Positions 35,901-47,099 of a stretch of 64,000 nucleotides of DNA are shown here, one piece after another; position 1 is the stretch's first letter; every line of letters starts with the position of its first letter. The notes beneath the pieces are model-generated. The model made no database searches and had not been told where the DNA came from. It saw only the letters and a list, made by a program, of their open reading frames with translations. Origin of the DNA: Amoebophrya sp. A120 (taxonomy: Eukaryota > Protista > Dinoflagellata); assembly GCA_905178155.1 (NCBI GenBank), contig CAJINV010000010.1, positions 1,633,182 to 1,697,181 on the forward strand, written 5' to 3'. The translations under genes were made by a program, and so were the position numbers.

Positions 35901-38900
35901 AATGCAAATTGCCGGCTTTGTTATGCATATTTTGCATGACCCAGGATTGTGTGTGATGCATGCCCTACCATCACAGACTTTTCGAGGGCTTCCTTCCTGA
36001 TGCCTACTCCGCATGACAAATGCACTCCCCGCGTACGTAGCACAAACTAAACTCCTCTTGCTGGTCATGCAATACAGACGTTTTTAGAGTCCAAAGTTAG
36101 CATCACAAGCTGCAACCTTCCAGACCCAGGCACTTATGCATTTGATACATAAACGTTGTCGACCAAACCATCCCTGGCAACGAGCCCGGCATGCCGATGG
36201 GGGAAAGGATGGGTGCAGGCGATTACTTCTGCTCGCAGATGATGGACGGGGAGTCCGGTTGCATTGAACGGGCGTGCATTGAGCAGACGTTTTTTGACCA
36301 GTCGAACAACCAAGCTACTGTTCCCCGTGACGCTTTGTACGAGCCGGCCACTGAAGTATGCATTGCAAAAGCATCGTACAACTCGTATACTAATTGCGTT
36401 TATGCATTACAGATCCGCGCGCTTACGCAAAACAGCACGACAAAGTGCAGCTCTCCTTCTGCATCAAGAATTTGCAATGCAATCACAACTACTAGCAGTA
36501 CGATAGCGATACTTTTGCAATGCATATCAAGCCCGAGAGATCAAATCCGACAGTAGGCCGATGCTGGATTCTGACCGCGAGGAAAAACAGGAGCGGATGG
36601 ACAGTAACGAGAGGGACATCACCACCAGCCAGATGAAGGACCGCGCCTTCGCTATTGCAAGGAAAAATTCCCCCTCTCCATACTGAAAAGGTATGTTTCA
36701 AAAAATTTGTGATGCTGATTTGTGACCACAAATCCTGTCTCTCTTGCAAGAGGGCAAGCTCAGAGACTCCGCCACGATATGCAGGCGATCTGTGACGCTG
36801 CAAGGCCCGTAGGGCAGACGTCTGCCATGCTAGGCCCCTACACCAAGAGGCCGCCGCTGAGGCTTACGATCTGCGTGCAGTCCTTTACTGCAAGACGAAT
36901 ATGATTTGTGTACTCAAATACAGCAACACAAATTTCGTCTTCGATATGGGGAGGGGGGGTCTTTCCTTTTGATATTCACCGAGGGTGAGTCCTGCGGCGC
37001 CTCGATTTGCGAGCGTATGCAAGCTAGAAGAAGAAGACGGTTGTTGCGGCGGGCAAGAGAGTTACAGGCGGACGAGAAGCGGGTGCTGTCGGAAAAAAAG
37101 GAAAAAAACGCAGTCGTTGGGGGAATGGAAGGTGCAGCGCGGGGTTTGAATGAAATCGCTGTTTCTTCCCTCCAAGCCCACCTCCAAACCGCTCTGCAGG
37201 AGGAGATCGACTTCCTGAAAGATTTCTTCCCGGAGGAAGAGCACGCCCGTCGGCTCACGGCGATCACCTTCGAACGGGCGGGGAACAAGGCGACAGGCTT
37301 GGGCCACTTCTTGCGGAACGACACAAACCTCGATGGGGGTGTCGATCCGCAAACTGGGATGAAGGTGGGGTCTTTGTTGACAGACCTATGTGAGTGCACA
37401 ACTCCCCCTATCCCTCATGATTTGTCATGCAAAATACCAAATACACCCTTTGCCTCTTGGCACTTTTCGCATGACAGTTCAATCAGTACTACAGTCCGGG
37501 GTGGATTTGTCATGTGAAACCTGCATTCTTGTCGACGCTTGTGCTGCTGTTTGTGCAATGCAAACGAGGGGGAGGGAGAGTTGTGCATTTTCATACATAA
37601 GACCCTGCGGGGAACTACATCAATGTGGATCCCAATGCTGGCGCCTGCCCCAACGCCGCCGCTTTGTTCGCAACCGGGGTTCCGGATACGGAGTTGGAAG
37701 AGGTTAATCGTGCGATTGAGAAGCTGAATAAAACCATGTCTGATATGAGAGTGCACAACTCCCCCTCCCCCTCATTTGTATGGCATGAACAGCAATACAA
37801 AGACAAGTTCACATGGAGCTTATGCATGACAGATCTACGTGCTTGATGTAGTACTGTTTGGGCTTCCGGAATTTGTCATGCCAACAGGGCCACAAGGCAG
37901 CGACTGGATTTGGGATTTTGCATGACAAATGAGGGGGAGGGGGGGTTGTGCACTGTCATATCTGATGCGCGCTCCGCGTTAGCGGAGACGAGACCGGACT
38001 TGTCCGAAGACGTGCACCAGCACCGCCAGGAGGAGTACAATAAAATGGACAATTTCATGCGCGATTTCGAATATGCAAGACAAAAATATCCTACTAGGTT
38101 GAATTGCAACACAAATTTTTTCAAGAACAGAAAGTGGGTTTGTCCTGCTATATCAGATAGAAAGTTAGATCTCCCATGCGTGACTGCAATTGGTGCGAGT
38201 GCGATATTTTTGTGATGCATATCGAAACCGCGGCGGCGATTGTCCAGTCCTTCGCGAACAATCACACGGAAACGCGGAAAAAGGAGGACGCGGCAAGGAT
38301 GAACAGAACTCTGATCGTCAACATGGACAATTTGAAGAACAACGTCGTCCCGACCGCCGCCACCGCTTCGACCACCCCGAACCCCCCGAGGGAAGTGATA
38401 TGCAATGCAAAAGCATCGTACAACTAGTATGAATTGCATTACAAGTTTCCTCAGCATGAAAAATGGAATTTGTAATGCGGATTTACCTTGAGAAAAATTT
38501 TTGTAATACATGATTGCAATTAGTACGAGTACGATACTTTTGTACAGGATAAGTGACCCCGACCTATGATGTCGCGAAGGCGATGGAAACGTGTCTGAAC
38601 CACATGAACCACGACCACAAGCCGGATACGGGGTCGCTCGTCTATGCATTGCACAAGTATCGTACTCGTATTGATGGCAGGCATGCATTTTTACAAATCC
38701 CATTCTTACGGTAAATCCGCATTACAAATTCCATCTTTCATGCTGTGGAAATTTCTCATGCGACTTATACTACTGCGATACTTTTGCAATGCATATCGTC
38801 CCGGCGGAGGCGATGGTGACGCACGACACGGTGATTGACCACTGCATGAGCACGCAGGGCAACAACCCGCCGCCTCCCATGGAGCCGGGTATGGACCCGC

Positions 38901-41900
38901 AGGCCATGCAGCACGAGCAGTGCGAGCAGGAGTGGCAGACGATGGCAGAGATGGAGCGCGGCGCAGTGGATGCGATCACCGAAGACGCGTTGCAGAATTC
39001 CTTTGCGCCAGCCCACGGCGAGATCCACCAAAACGTCCCCATCCCCACCGAGGAGCAGTGCGTCCCGATGCCGAACGACTACTCTGGCGCGGAGATGGCA
39101 ATTTCCACCGGGTTCCGCCGCTCCTTGCAGCAACGCCACTCGAAGTTGACGAAGAAGAAGAACAGTAATCGTCGGAAGTTGCTGGAGAAACAGCTTCTCG
39201 GGAAAAATTTCTTCCACGCGGCCCATGTCGGGAAATTGAGGGATCAGAGAAGGGTTTTGTTCGACACCCCGATTTCCGAGGATGGCAAGCGTCACCTCTC
39301 GACGGTCACCACCGGTGGGGTTTATCTAATGTAAAAATGTCTGGGTCTGGAAACTTGTGATGCTGGGTGGCGTCTCATAATGAGGCTACAAATGCTGGCT
39401 CAGCATGACAAGTTTCTGAGCTCCTAGGTGTTGCCTATTCTGCATGACAGACTGCGCTTCTGCATCACAGAAAAACGGAGCTCTTGGGCAACGTGCATCA
39501 CAGATTTAAGGGTCATGCCAGACAAGCATGACAGACATGAATTCTTCCAGACCCAGACATTTTTAAATTTGATAGGGTCGTGGGGAACACCATGCTCCCG
39601 GCCGGGGAATCTACCACTGGCTGCATGCCGATCTCTATGGATTGCATAATGTAACTGGGTCTGGGAGATTGCGATATTTGCGATGCTAGTCTGGTATGAC
39701 TTTGAAATCTGAATTGCGTGGCCGCCTAGAGCTCCTACTGCCTGTCATGCGAAAACGCAGTTTCTCATGCGGGGCACACAACAACTCAGAACCACGGAAA
39801 AACTTGTCATGCTGGGCTGCGCATTACAGAGTGCTCACTCTCCCCTTCCTTGCATCACAAGTTTCCAGCCCCAGACATTTTTGCAATGCATAATCTCCGG
39901 GGAGTCGCAGCTCCAAATGACGGACGGGTACGACGGTCCGGGTGTGATGATTATGCAATACAAATAAAGCATCGCACTCGTATAGATGCATTACAAATTT
40001 CCTCAGCATGAGAAATGAAATTTGTAATGCAGATTTGCCTTGGGGGCAAGATTTGTAATGCAAGACTTGCAGCATTTATACGAGTGCGATACTTTTGCAC
40101 AGGACAATGATGGCGGCGGATCGAGAAGAGGCGTTGGACAACTTCGCCTCCGGGGATCAAATGATGCAAGACGCGCAGATGGAATCCATGGCCATCGCCG
40201 CCGACGTCACTATCGCGAACCACGACCCGGCGGGCGGGATCAACCTAGACTACCCGGACACGACCACCCCGACGCTGGATGAGGACCCGTATCTGAACAG
40301 CAACTACGCGGGCTTTGCTCCGATGAATATGCCCCCGCGTCGTGGCCTGGAGCAGAAGGGTAGGGGCACCCGCGCCCGGATGCTGAAGCAGATCGAAAAT
40401 CGGAAAAACGCCGAGATTCGACAGCAAAAGCGGAAGTTATTGGAAAAAGAGTACCGCCGGATGTTACCGCACGACAACACGACCGCGAGTAGCACGATGT
40501 CACCGTACAATTACAATTACGACACCATGAATTCCGCTCCCAATGTATCCTGCGTAAAAACGTCCCCACCCGATAGTCAAGTTGGTAAATCTGCAACACA
40601 AATCTCCAAGTTTCGGGAGTATTGCATGACAAGTTTCCCTCCAACATGACAAGTTTCCCTCTGTACCGTCGTGCTGTTTAGCAAGGGCGGCCGCATGAGA
40701 AAGCCCGCTTCTCATCCTGTTTACAGCATTATTACAAAGTCCAAAACACGAGGACTGGAAATGCCTCTCATGCTGATCCGCATTACAAATGTTCCTGTCA
40801 TTGCGCATTTGCATGACAACTAGGGTGGGGACGTTTTTACACAGGATACAACGTGATGCCCAGCAGCATGGCGCCGGGAATGAATTCCTTTTCCATCCCC
40901 GAAGCATCTACGATGGATCCGCAGGCGAAAGCCGCGGTCATGAACATGTACTTCGACGCGTATGAATCCACGTCCCCCTACCCGACCACGGCCCCTCCGG
41001 GAACCGTCACGACTGCGCCGCCAACGACGACCTCGACGACTTCGACTCCATATCATCTAGATTTCGGGTACAACAACGACTACAGCTACACCACGTCCGC
41101 TGCGCTGGTGCAGGATTCCGTGGCGACGACCATGACGACCACGACAAGCAACACGTTGACGGTTACTCCTCATTGGCTCCTCGGTTGGGACTACCGGTAC
41201 GACTACATGTGGGACGACATCACGCAGATGAGCATTGTATCGTATGAAAAAAGTGTTTCACTGTAAGGATTTTGCAGGTTTTGCAGCACAAGTTTGTTCC
41301 ACATGACAGATGAAATTTGCCATGCAAGGTTTCTAAGGGAAAACACAGCTAAAAATCCACTGTCCTGCATGTGTAGCAAGACAAATACTTCTGTGTTGCA
41401 TTGTATGCATCACAAGTTTAGTACAGTGAAACAGTTTTTTCTTGCGATACATTGAAACTATCGTCTACACCGGTACCAACGCTACCTTGATGGCGATGTA
41501 CCCGTCTGATACGGATTACGAGGTCGCGATGACCGCCGAGCACATGGAAATATGCATTGCAAATATGTCTGGGCCTGGAAGAATGCAAACTTGTGATACG
41601 CATTTCATAACGCAGAAAAATCTCTCATGCATAGGCAGCAAACGCTGCCCGCTTTCTGTCACCAAAATAGGGCATTTGCCATGCGGATTCGGCATTGCGG
41701 AAGCTTCTCGAAACCTGTGATGCTAGAGCTTCCATGCCATACCTTCTGCGTCATGCAAAAGCAGCATGACTCTTCCAGACCCAGACATATTTGCATTTGA
41801 TAGGAAACCGGCTTGAACCAGATGCAGGATGAACAACAGTCGAAAACCGCACAAGAGATATGAGAGTGCACAACTCCCCTTCTCCCTTATCTGTAATGCA

Positions 41901-44900
41901 AAAGACCAAACCCACATCCTGCCTTTATGCACAGGCCGCATGACAAATTTTAGAGACTTCAAACAATTATACCACAACCCGTGTCGTGCAGATTTGTCAT
42001 CCGGGAGCCACATTTCTGCCGCTTTCTGTGTTGCTGCTCCTGCCCTTCAGATAAGGGGATACAAAGGGAAGGCATGCACTCGCATAAGAGATGAACACCA
42101 CCGTGAAAGACGTCTTCGATGCGCAAATGTCGTACGACGGGGACCTCCACGTCCCCAGCTTCATCCCTCCGAACTACGACTGCTGGCAGCTATGCATTGC
42201 AAAAGTAACGTACTAGTAGTACTTGCATTACAAATTAGCTCAGCATGGCAAATGGAATTTGTGATGCAGATTTACCTTGAGAAAGAGATTTGTAATACAT
42301 AAATGCAACTACTACGAGAGCGATACTTTTGCAGAGCATAGCAGCACGGCACCAGCAACTTCGTCGAGCAGTGCTACGACGAGTACTATGGGTATTACTC
42401 CGTGCATATCAAATGTAAAAATGTCTGGGTCTGGAAGGGTGGGTACTTGTGATGCAAACTCTGGAACACGCGAAAATTTGTGTTGCATGAGCGCCAAAAG
42501 CTGTCCATTTCTTGGCACGCAAGTAGGAAGTTTCTCATGCGGGACAGGCATCATGACGCTTGCTCAAAACCTGTGATGCTTTTGCCTGCATCAGACGCCA
42601 TTTGCGTGATCCGAAACATGCATGACAAGTCTCGCAATCTTCCAGACCCAGACATTTTTACATTTGATAGTGCAGAAAGACTTCGGCGCGATCTGCGAGC
42701 ACCGGAAGTGGGTGCAGGCGAAGGCGATGGAGGTGGCGGAAGCGGTGAAGAAGGTGGTGGAGCAGAAAGCGTATACTGAGGCGCATAGTGGGTTGTCGCG
42801 CCGGGTGAGGCGGATGTTGAAGGAGAAGAAATCTTCGGTGTCCGAATCTGTTCCGATATGAATTGCAAAAGCATCGGACTAGTATGAATTGCATTACAAA
42901 TTTTCTTAGCATGAGAAATGGAATTTCATTTCTAATGCTGGTTGACTTAAGCAAAAAGATTTGTATTGCATGATTGCAATTACGACGGGTGCGATACTTT
43001 TGCACTTCATATCCGACGTACGTTCGGAAGTTATTGAAACTTCCGCAGGAGTGGGAGCACGACGCGAAACGGCGGCTGAGTAATTACATGATGCAGCCGG
43101 AAGCGATGTTCAATGATTTCTTGACGATGGACTCCGCGAATTCGACCGGGCAGGATTCCTCCGCAGATCTTCCGGCGAACTTGATGGTCGATTCCATGTA
43201 CAACATGATGACGTACAACGAGTCCCAGCAGGTGGAATCCCCCGACGCGGTTATTCTAAGTAAAAGCCTCCCCACGACGACCCCATAGTTGTCATGCAAA
43301 TCTGTATTTCCAAATTGCTTCTCATGCGCAACCCCATGAGCAGCAGTTTCCCATGCTGCCCGGCACTTTGTCATGCTCTAATCAGGATAGGGAGCTGGAT
43401 TCGTGATGCGGCTTCACTAGCAGAACACCACTACACTAGACACCCAAAGAACTTGTCATGCGCAACAGCCAACACTTGCCGACTTGTGTAGCAAAAGCCC
43501 CATCTTGACTCTGGGTTCTTGGGGAGGTTTTTCCAGACGATAGCGGTAGCATCCATGCTCGTCGGTTTGGAATCCACCATGGACCCAGATTACGTCGCGG
43601 CCGTGGATGATATGCTGGAGTCCTTTGAGCGCCGGAAGTTAGATATCTACATGCAGGCGCGTTCGAAGCCGAACTACTTGCAGGTGATGCTGAACATGGG
43701 TTTGAACCAGACGGAAAAAATCAAGCTGATGCGGGACATCCAGGAAGTGGTTTACGCCCAGGAGCCCGTATGAAAGTGCACAACTCCCCCTCCCCCTCAT
43801 TTGTCATGCAAAATTCCAAATCTACCGTTTGGTATTGGTTTGCCTGTTAGTACTGTTTGCATGACAGATTCCGGAATCCGAAACAGCACTACAATCTCCT
43901 AGGATTTTGTCGTGCAAAGGCTGCATCTTTGCCAGCGCTTGTGTTGCTGTTCATGCAACACAAATAAGGGGGAGGGGGAGTTGTGCACTGTCATAACCCG
44001 GCGCCTGCACCCAGATGGGCGCGGCGTATTACAAGCCGGGGGGATGCAATTCGCTGTACGAGGAACAGCTGGGTTGCGCGAATCTCCGCTGGATCTCCAC
44101 CTACTACGATCAGTACACTTATCAAGAATATTTCAACGATTCTTGGACCCAGCCGCACAACCGCTGCGAGCAGAAGAAGCGGGAGTTGCGGTCTCTCGCG
44201 ATTGGCGGGACAAACAAGGAATCCGCTCCGATGCTGCAGGCGCTGAGTCAACTGCTCCAGCGGATCGGGGACGGAAACTACCCAAGCACCGGGTTTTTAT
44301 GAGAATGCACAACAACTCCCCGCCCCGCATTTGTCTTGCAAAATGCCAAATCCACCCCTTGGCCTGTGGCACTGCGTGCATGACAGATTCCCGAAGGAGC
44401 CGAAACAGCACTTAGAACATATGGACTGTGAGTTTGTCATGCAAAAGCTGCATCTGTGCCGCCGCTTGTGTTGCTGTGAATGCCATCCAAATGAGGTGCA
44501 GGAAGAGTTGTGCACTCTCATAGCTTTCGGAATTGTTGTGGAAAACCGGCTTGCGGAAGCCTCTGACTGCTTCGGAAGTGACGAATCTGCACGCTATCTG
44601 CACGTCGGTTTATGACGGGACGAACGGCTGGGGCGTGAAGCAGGAGTGTCGGTACGACGACTGCGGCAACGAAATCGGTTGCAACTTCGACAAGCGAGGG
44701 CAGCGAGAGGTGAAAGACATTCTGAACTGCCCGAACGCGGTTCCACCCCCGCCGGGCACGTGCGCGAGTCAGGCCGGCGGGAATTTCTATTGCACAACCG
44801 CGAAGGCGGATTTTATCCACCACTGCAAGAACGTTTTGGACTTCCTCGTTGAAATGATGCCGGCGGAAGACCACTACGACCCAGTCTCCAATAACTGGAT

Positions 44901-46189
44901 TGCGGGTTACCACGCAGAGCAGATGCGCATGGCGCTGATCTTCGAACTGGACCCGACTTTTGTCTACCCGTATGACCCCGAGCCGGTGGAGGCCGCGGGG
45001 TCGCGGTTGGCGAAGTGCACGATTCAGGCGGTTCGGGAGAATTTGCCAGAGGAGCCGGTGAAGGAGCTGTTCCACTTAATGGAGACCGGGGAAGTGTCCC
45101 CGCAGGCTGCCATGGAAAAGATGTTGCAGCCGAAGTTGGATAACGTTTGCAACGCGACCAGCCACGTGCATGAGGCGATGGAGATGATGATGAATATGAC
45201 GGATAACTGTAAAAATTTCTGCATGACCTTCAAGATGTGGGAAGAGACCAACTACCAGATGAGTTGCGCGAACCGAATTGCTAAACCGATGTTCGACAAC
45301 TCGTTCGCCTACAACGCCATGCAGGAGCCGCTCTGCCGCCCGGACGTGGAATGTAAGCTGTTTAACGAGATGGCCCCGGTGCACGAGAAAAACAACATTG
45401 TGAACGCCAAGGTGGTATCAAGTGCAAAAGTGTCTGGGTCTGGAAGAAAGCGCCATGGTCACGCAGCTCTTCCATGACCCATGAACTCTGGAATGCAGGA
45501 CCTAGCATGACAGATTCTGTGCGATCTCTCTCATGTCTATCCTGCATGAGAAACTCCCTCCCGACTTGGTCAAAAGCAAAACTGGACGACTTTTGGTAAT
45601 CATGCAACACAGATTTTTGCATGCTTCAGATTTAGCATGACAAGTTGAGTTCTTCCACACCCAGACATTTTTGCAATTCATAGGTGGCCGGCACGCGGCT
45701 CCGCGAGCGCCGCTTGCGGCGACTCGAGATTGAGAACCGGCGGGTCAGACGGCTGGAAGAGTCGAAGGACTTGAAGAAGAAGTGTATGTCCATTGACAAC
45801 GTTGAATACTTATGCTCTGCAAAAATATCGCACTCGTACTCATTGCAATCATGCATGTCAAATCTTGTTTCTTAGCCAAATCAGCATTACAAACTCCATT
45901 TCTCCTTCTGAGAAAATTTGTATTGCGATTTACACTAGTGCGATGCTTTTGCAATGCATAGTACTGTGCGAGCGACAACAATCAAGTGGCCGGGATGACG
46001 AGCGAAGAGTTGGAAAAGCAGCGGCGCCTGGAGTACTGGGAGGAGCGGGGCATCGATTCCATCGCGACGGCGACGAACCCGGCGAAAGCGCAGCGGATCT
46101 CGAAGTTCCGGTCGAACCGAAAGCAGCTGCGGAAGAGCCGGCGGATGAACCGCCGGGGAAAGAACCGCCGGGTCCGGCGGCGGAACTAA
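26950..46189 (+). CDS. Giant ~4032-aa protein: N-terminal EF-hand pair, one TM helix, then Cys/Thr/Pro-rich modules alternating with RRL/RKL-rich basic spacers
   Basis: Removing 31 introners (+5 bp each) and GT-AG introns 27711-27850 and 29725-29918 gives 12099 nt with the frame continuous at every junction; FDKDGDGELHKDE, WDVDQNGLITVSE; TM KIAIAGLVGVIVLLTVLMFAMGYAAA. Confidence 0.82.
27440..27590. mobile_element. Introner family A
   Basis: TSD gtttc/gtttc. Confidence 0.9.
27942..28178. mobile_element. Introner, degenerate, unassigned
   Basis: TATC..GATA ends, internal tttgtcatgc; TSD decayed aagct/cctct; frame restored by 5-bp rule. Confidence 0.6.
28267..28423. mobile_element. Introner family A
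   Basis: TATGC..GCATA; TSD decayed tccgc/tgaat; frame restored. Confidence 0.75.
29509..29666. mobile_element. Introner family A
   Basis: TSD aatag/cacag. Confidence 0.8.
31816..32053. mobile_element. Introner family C
   Basis: TSD tcgga/tcgga. Confidence 0.9.
32292..32510. mobile_element. Introner family C
   Basis: TSD ctgtc/ctgtc. Confidence 0.9.
32959..33224. mobile_element. Introner family B
   Basis: TSD cgcac/cgcac. Confidence 0.9.
34939..35147. mobile_element. Introner family F
   Basis: TIR TAT.CAAGAAAAAAACTGTGTAAGTGTAA; TSD aacac/aacac. Confidence 0.9.
35896..36147. mobile_element. Introner family B
   Basis: TATCAAATGCA ends; TSD catga/cataa. Confidence 0.85.
36357..36526. mobile_element. 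Introner family A
   Basis: TSD tgaag/tcaag. Confidence 0.88.
36653..36974. mobile_element. Introner family E
   Basis: 322 bp, similar to 58511-58832; TSD ttcgc/ttcac. Confidence 0.85.
37387..37599. mobile_element. Introner family C
   Basis: TSD agacc/agacc. Confidence 0.88.
37744..37960. mobile_element. Introner family C
   Basis: TSD tctga/tctga. Confidence 0.9.
38072..38221. mobile_element. Introner family A
   Basis: TSD tcgaa/tcgaa. Confidence 0.88.
38399..38551. mobile_element. Introner family A
   Basis: TSD agtga/agtga. Confidence 0.9.
38643..38795. mobile_element. Introner family A
   Basis: TSD tcgtc/tcgtc. Confidence 0.9.
39323..39574. mobile_element. Introner family B
   Basis: TSD gggtt/gggtc. 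Confidence 0.9.
39636..39892. mobile_element. Introner family B
   Basis: TSD atctc/atctc. Confidence 0.9.
39952..40106. mobile_element. Introner family A
   Basis: TSD atgat/atgat; right end ACA instead of ATA. Confidence 0.88.
40546..40848. mobile_element. Introner family G
   Basis: TIR TATCCTG.GTAAAAACGTCCCCACCC; TSD caatg/caacg. Confidence 0.9.
41238..41449. mobile_element. Introner family F
   Basis: TIR TATCG.A.GAAAAAA.TGTTTCACTGTA; TSD cattg/cattg. Confidence 0.9.
41551..41802. mobile_element. Introner family B
   Basis: TSD ggaaa/ggaaa. Confidence 0.9.
41859..42086. mobile_element. Introner family C
   Basis: TSD agaga/agaga. Confidence 0.88.
42191..42340. mobile_element. Introner family A
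   Basis: TSD gcagc/gcagc. Confidence 0.9.
42407..42669. mobile_element. Introner family B
   Basis: Perfect 31-bp TIR TATCAAATGTAAAAATGTCTGGGTCTGGAAG; TSD gtgca/gtgca. Confidence 0.93.
42857..43011. mobile_element. Introner family A
   Basis: TSD tccga/tccga. Confidence 0.9.
43252..43542. mobile_element. Introner family G
   Basis: TIR core AAAA.CCTCCCCA; TSD gcggt/gcggt. Confidence 0.85.
43769..43995. mobile_element. Introner family C
   Basis: TSD gcccg/acccg. Confidence 0.9.
44298..44522. mobile_element. Introner family C
   Basis: TSD gtttt/gcttt. Confidence 0.88.
45416..45682. mobile_element. Introner family B (opposite orientation to 59495)
   Basis: TSD ggtgg/ggtgg. Confidence 0.9.
45811..45960. 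mobile_element. Introner family A
   Basis: TSD atact/gtact. Confidence 0.9.
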
Positions 46190-47099
46190 ATGCTCTTTGA
46201 CAGTGGACGTCTGAGGATTTTTGCTGGTCGGATTCTACATGCAAGTCTGGGATCCAACTTGTAAGAACACGGACAACAATATTAAGTCACACCTATATTA
46301 AACTGAACATGTAGATGTAGTGCAGCTAGTTAGTAGAAGCCCATCATATGAGCATGCTCAGTATTGATTTTTCCGAGGAAATAGATCTAGATCGCAATTT
46401 GAAATTAAATAAGAGACTCGAAGTACCATAACCATTCCAACCGATAAGTATTTATTTTCGCGGAGACAGGAGATGTTGCTCCTCTCTCACTACTTTTACC
46501 ACGACGAAAAACGATACTCATGCCTTTCACCTGGTAAGATTCTTATGAAACTTCTGTAGTCACAGCAGTCATTTCATATACGTAATAAAACAAAAACGCC
46601 ACATAGTAGACACAGGATTAACATGACATTATAGACATCAAATTTACAGCACACGTAAGTCTCTACTTAATGCATTTAGTGCGAGTTTCAGTTTCATTTT
46701 TGATTTTTTTTCGAACGATTTCCGTATCCGTTTATCAACACCAAAACTCTCGACCTCTGGTTGCCAATTGAGGTCGATCACTATTTTTTGGACTAACGCT
46801 ACAGATATTACAGTTTCAAAAACAAAAAGCACTGATAGAGCATTGAATATTTGCAGCCCGCGATTGGGTGCTCGCGTGGGTCATTTCTTGCTGGCGCAGC
46901 ACATGACTTTAAGAACTCGTTTCTATTTATGAATCAGGACGGCTAACAATCTTCAAAGAGGAATATACCTAGAGGATGCTTCTGTCTTGGTGTTTCACAT
47001 GCGACAGCTGACAAACTAAGATCAAAGAACAAAATATGAATCAGATTTGCTAGAAGAGTATGGAAAAAGGTCGCTGTAGCATCACGCTACTGCTGTTGC

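Noticed and set aside
41442-42874. Recurrent peptide motifs in the ORF track (MSGSGR, YALQK, NEGEGELCT, FQTQT)
   Set aside because: Translations of introner TIRs, not a protein repeat family
35896-45960. Recurring repeats separated by unique sequence, superficially CRISPR-like
   Set aside because: Repeats are paired inverted ends of 150-320 bp elements and the spacers are in-frame exons; no cas genes; eukaryotic context
26950-46189. Treating the ORF fragments as many separate genes or a pseudogene
   Set aside because: Stops fall inside introns and the frame is continuous at all 33 junctions
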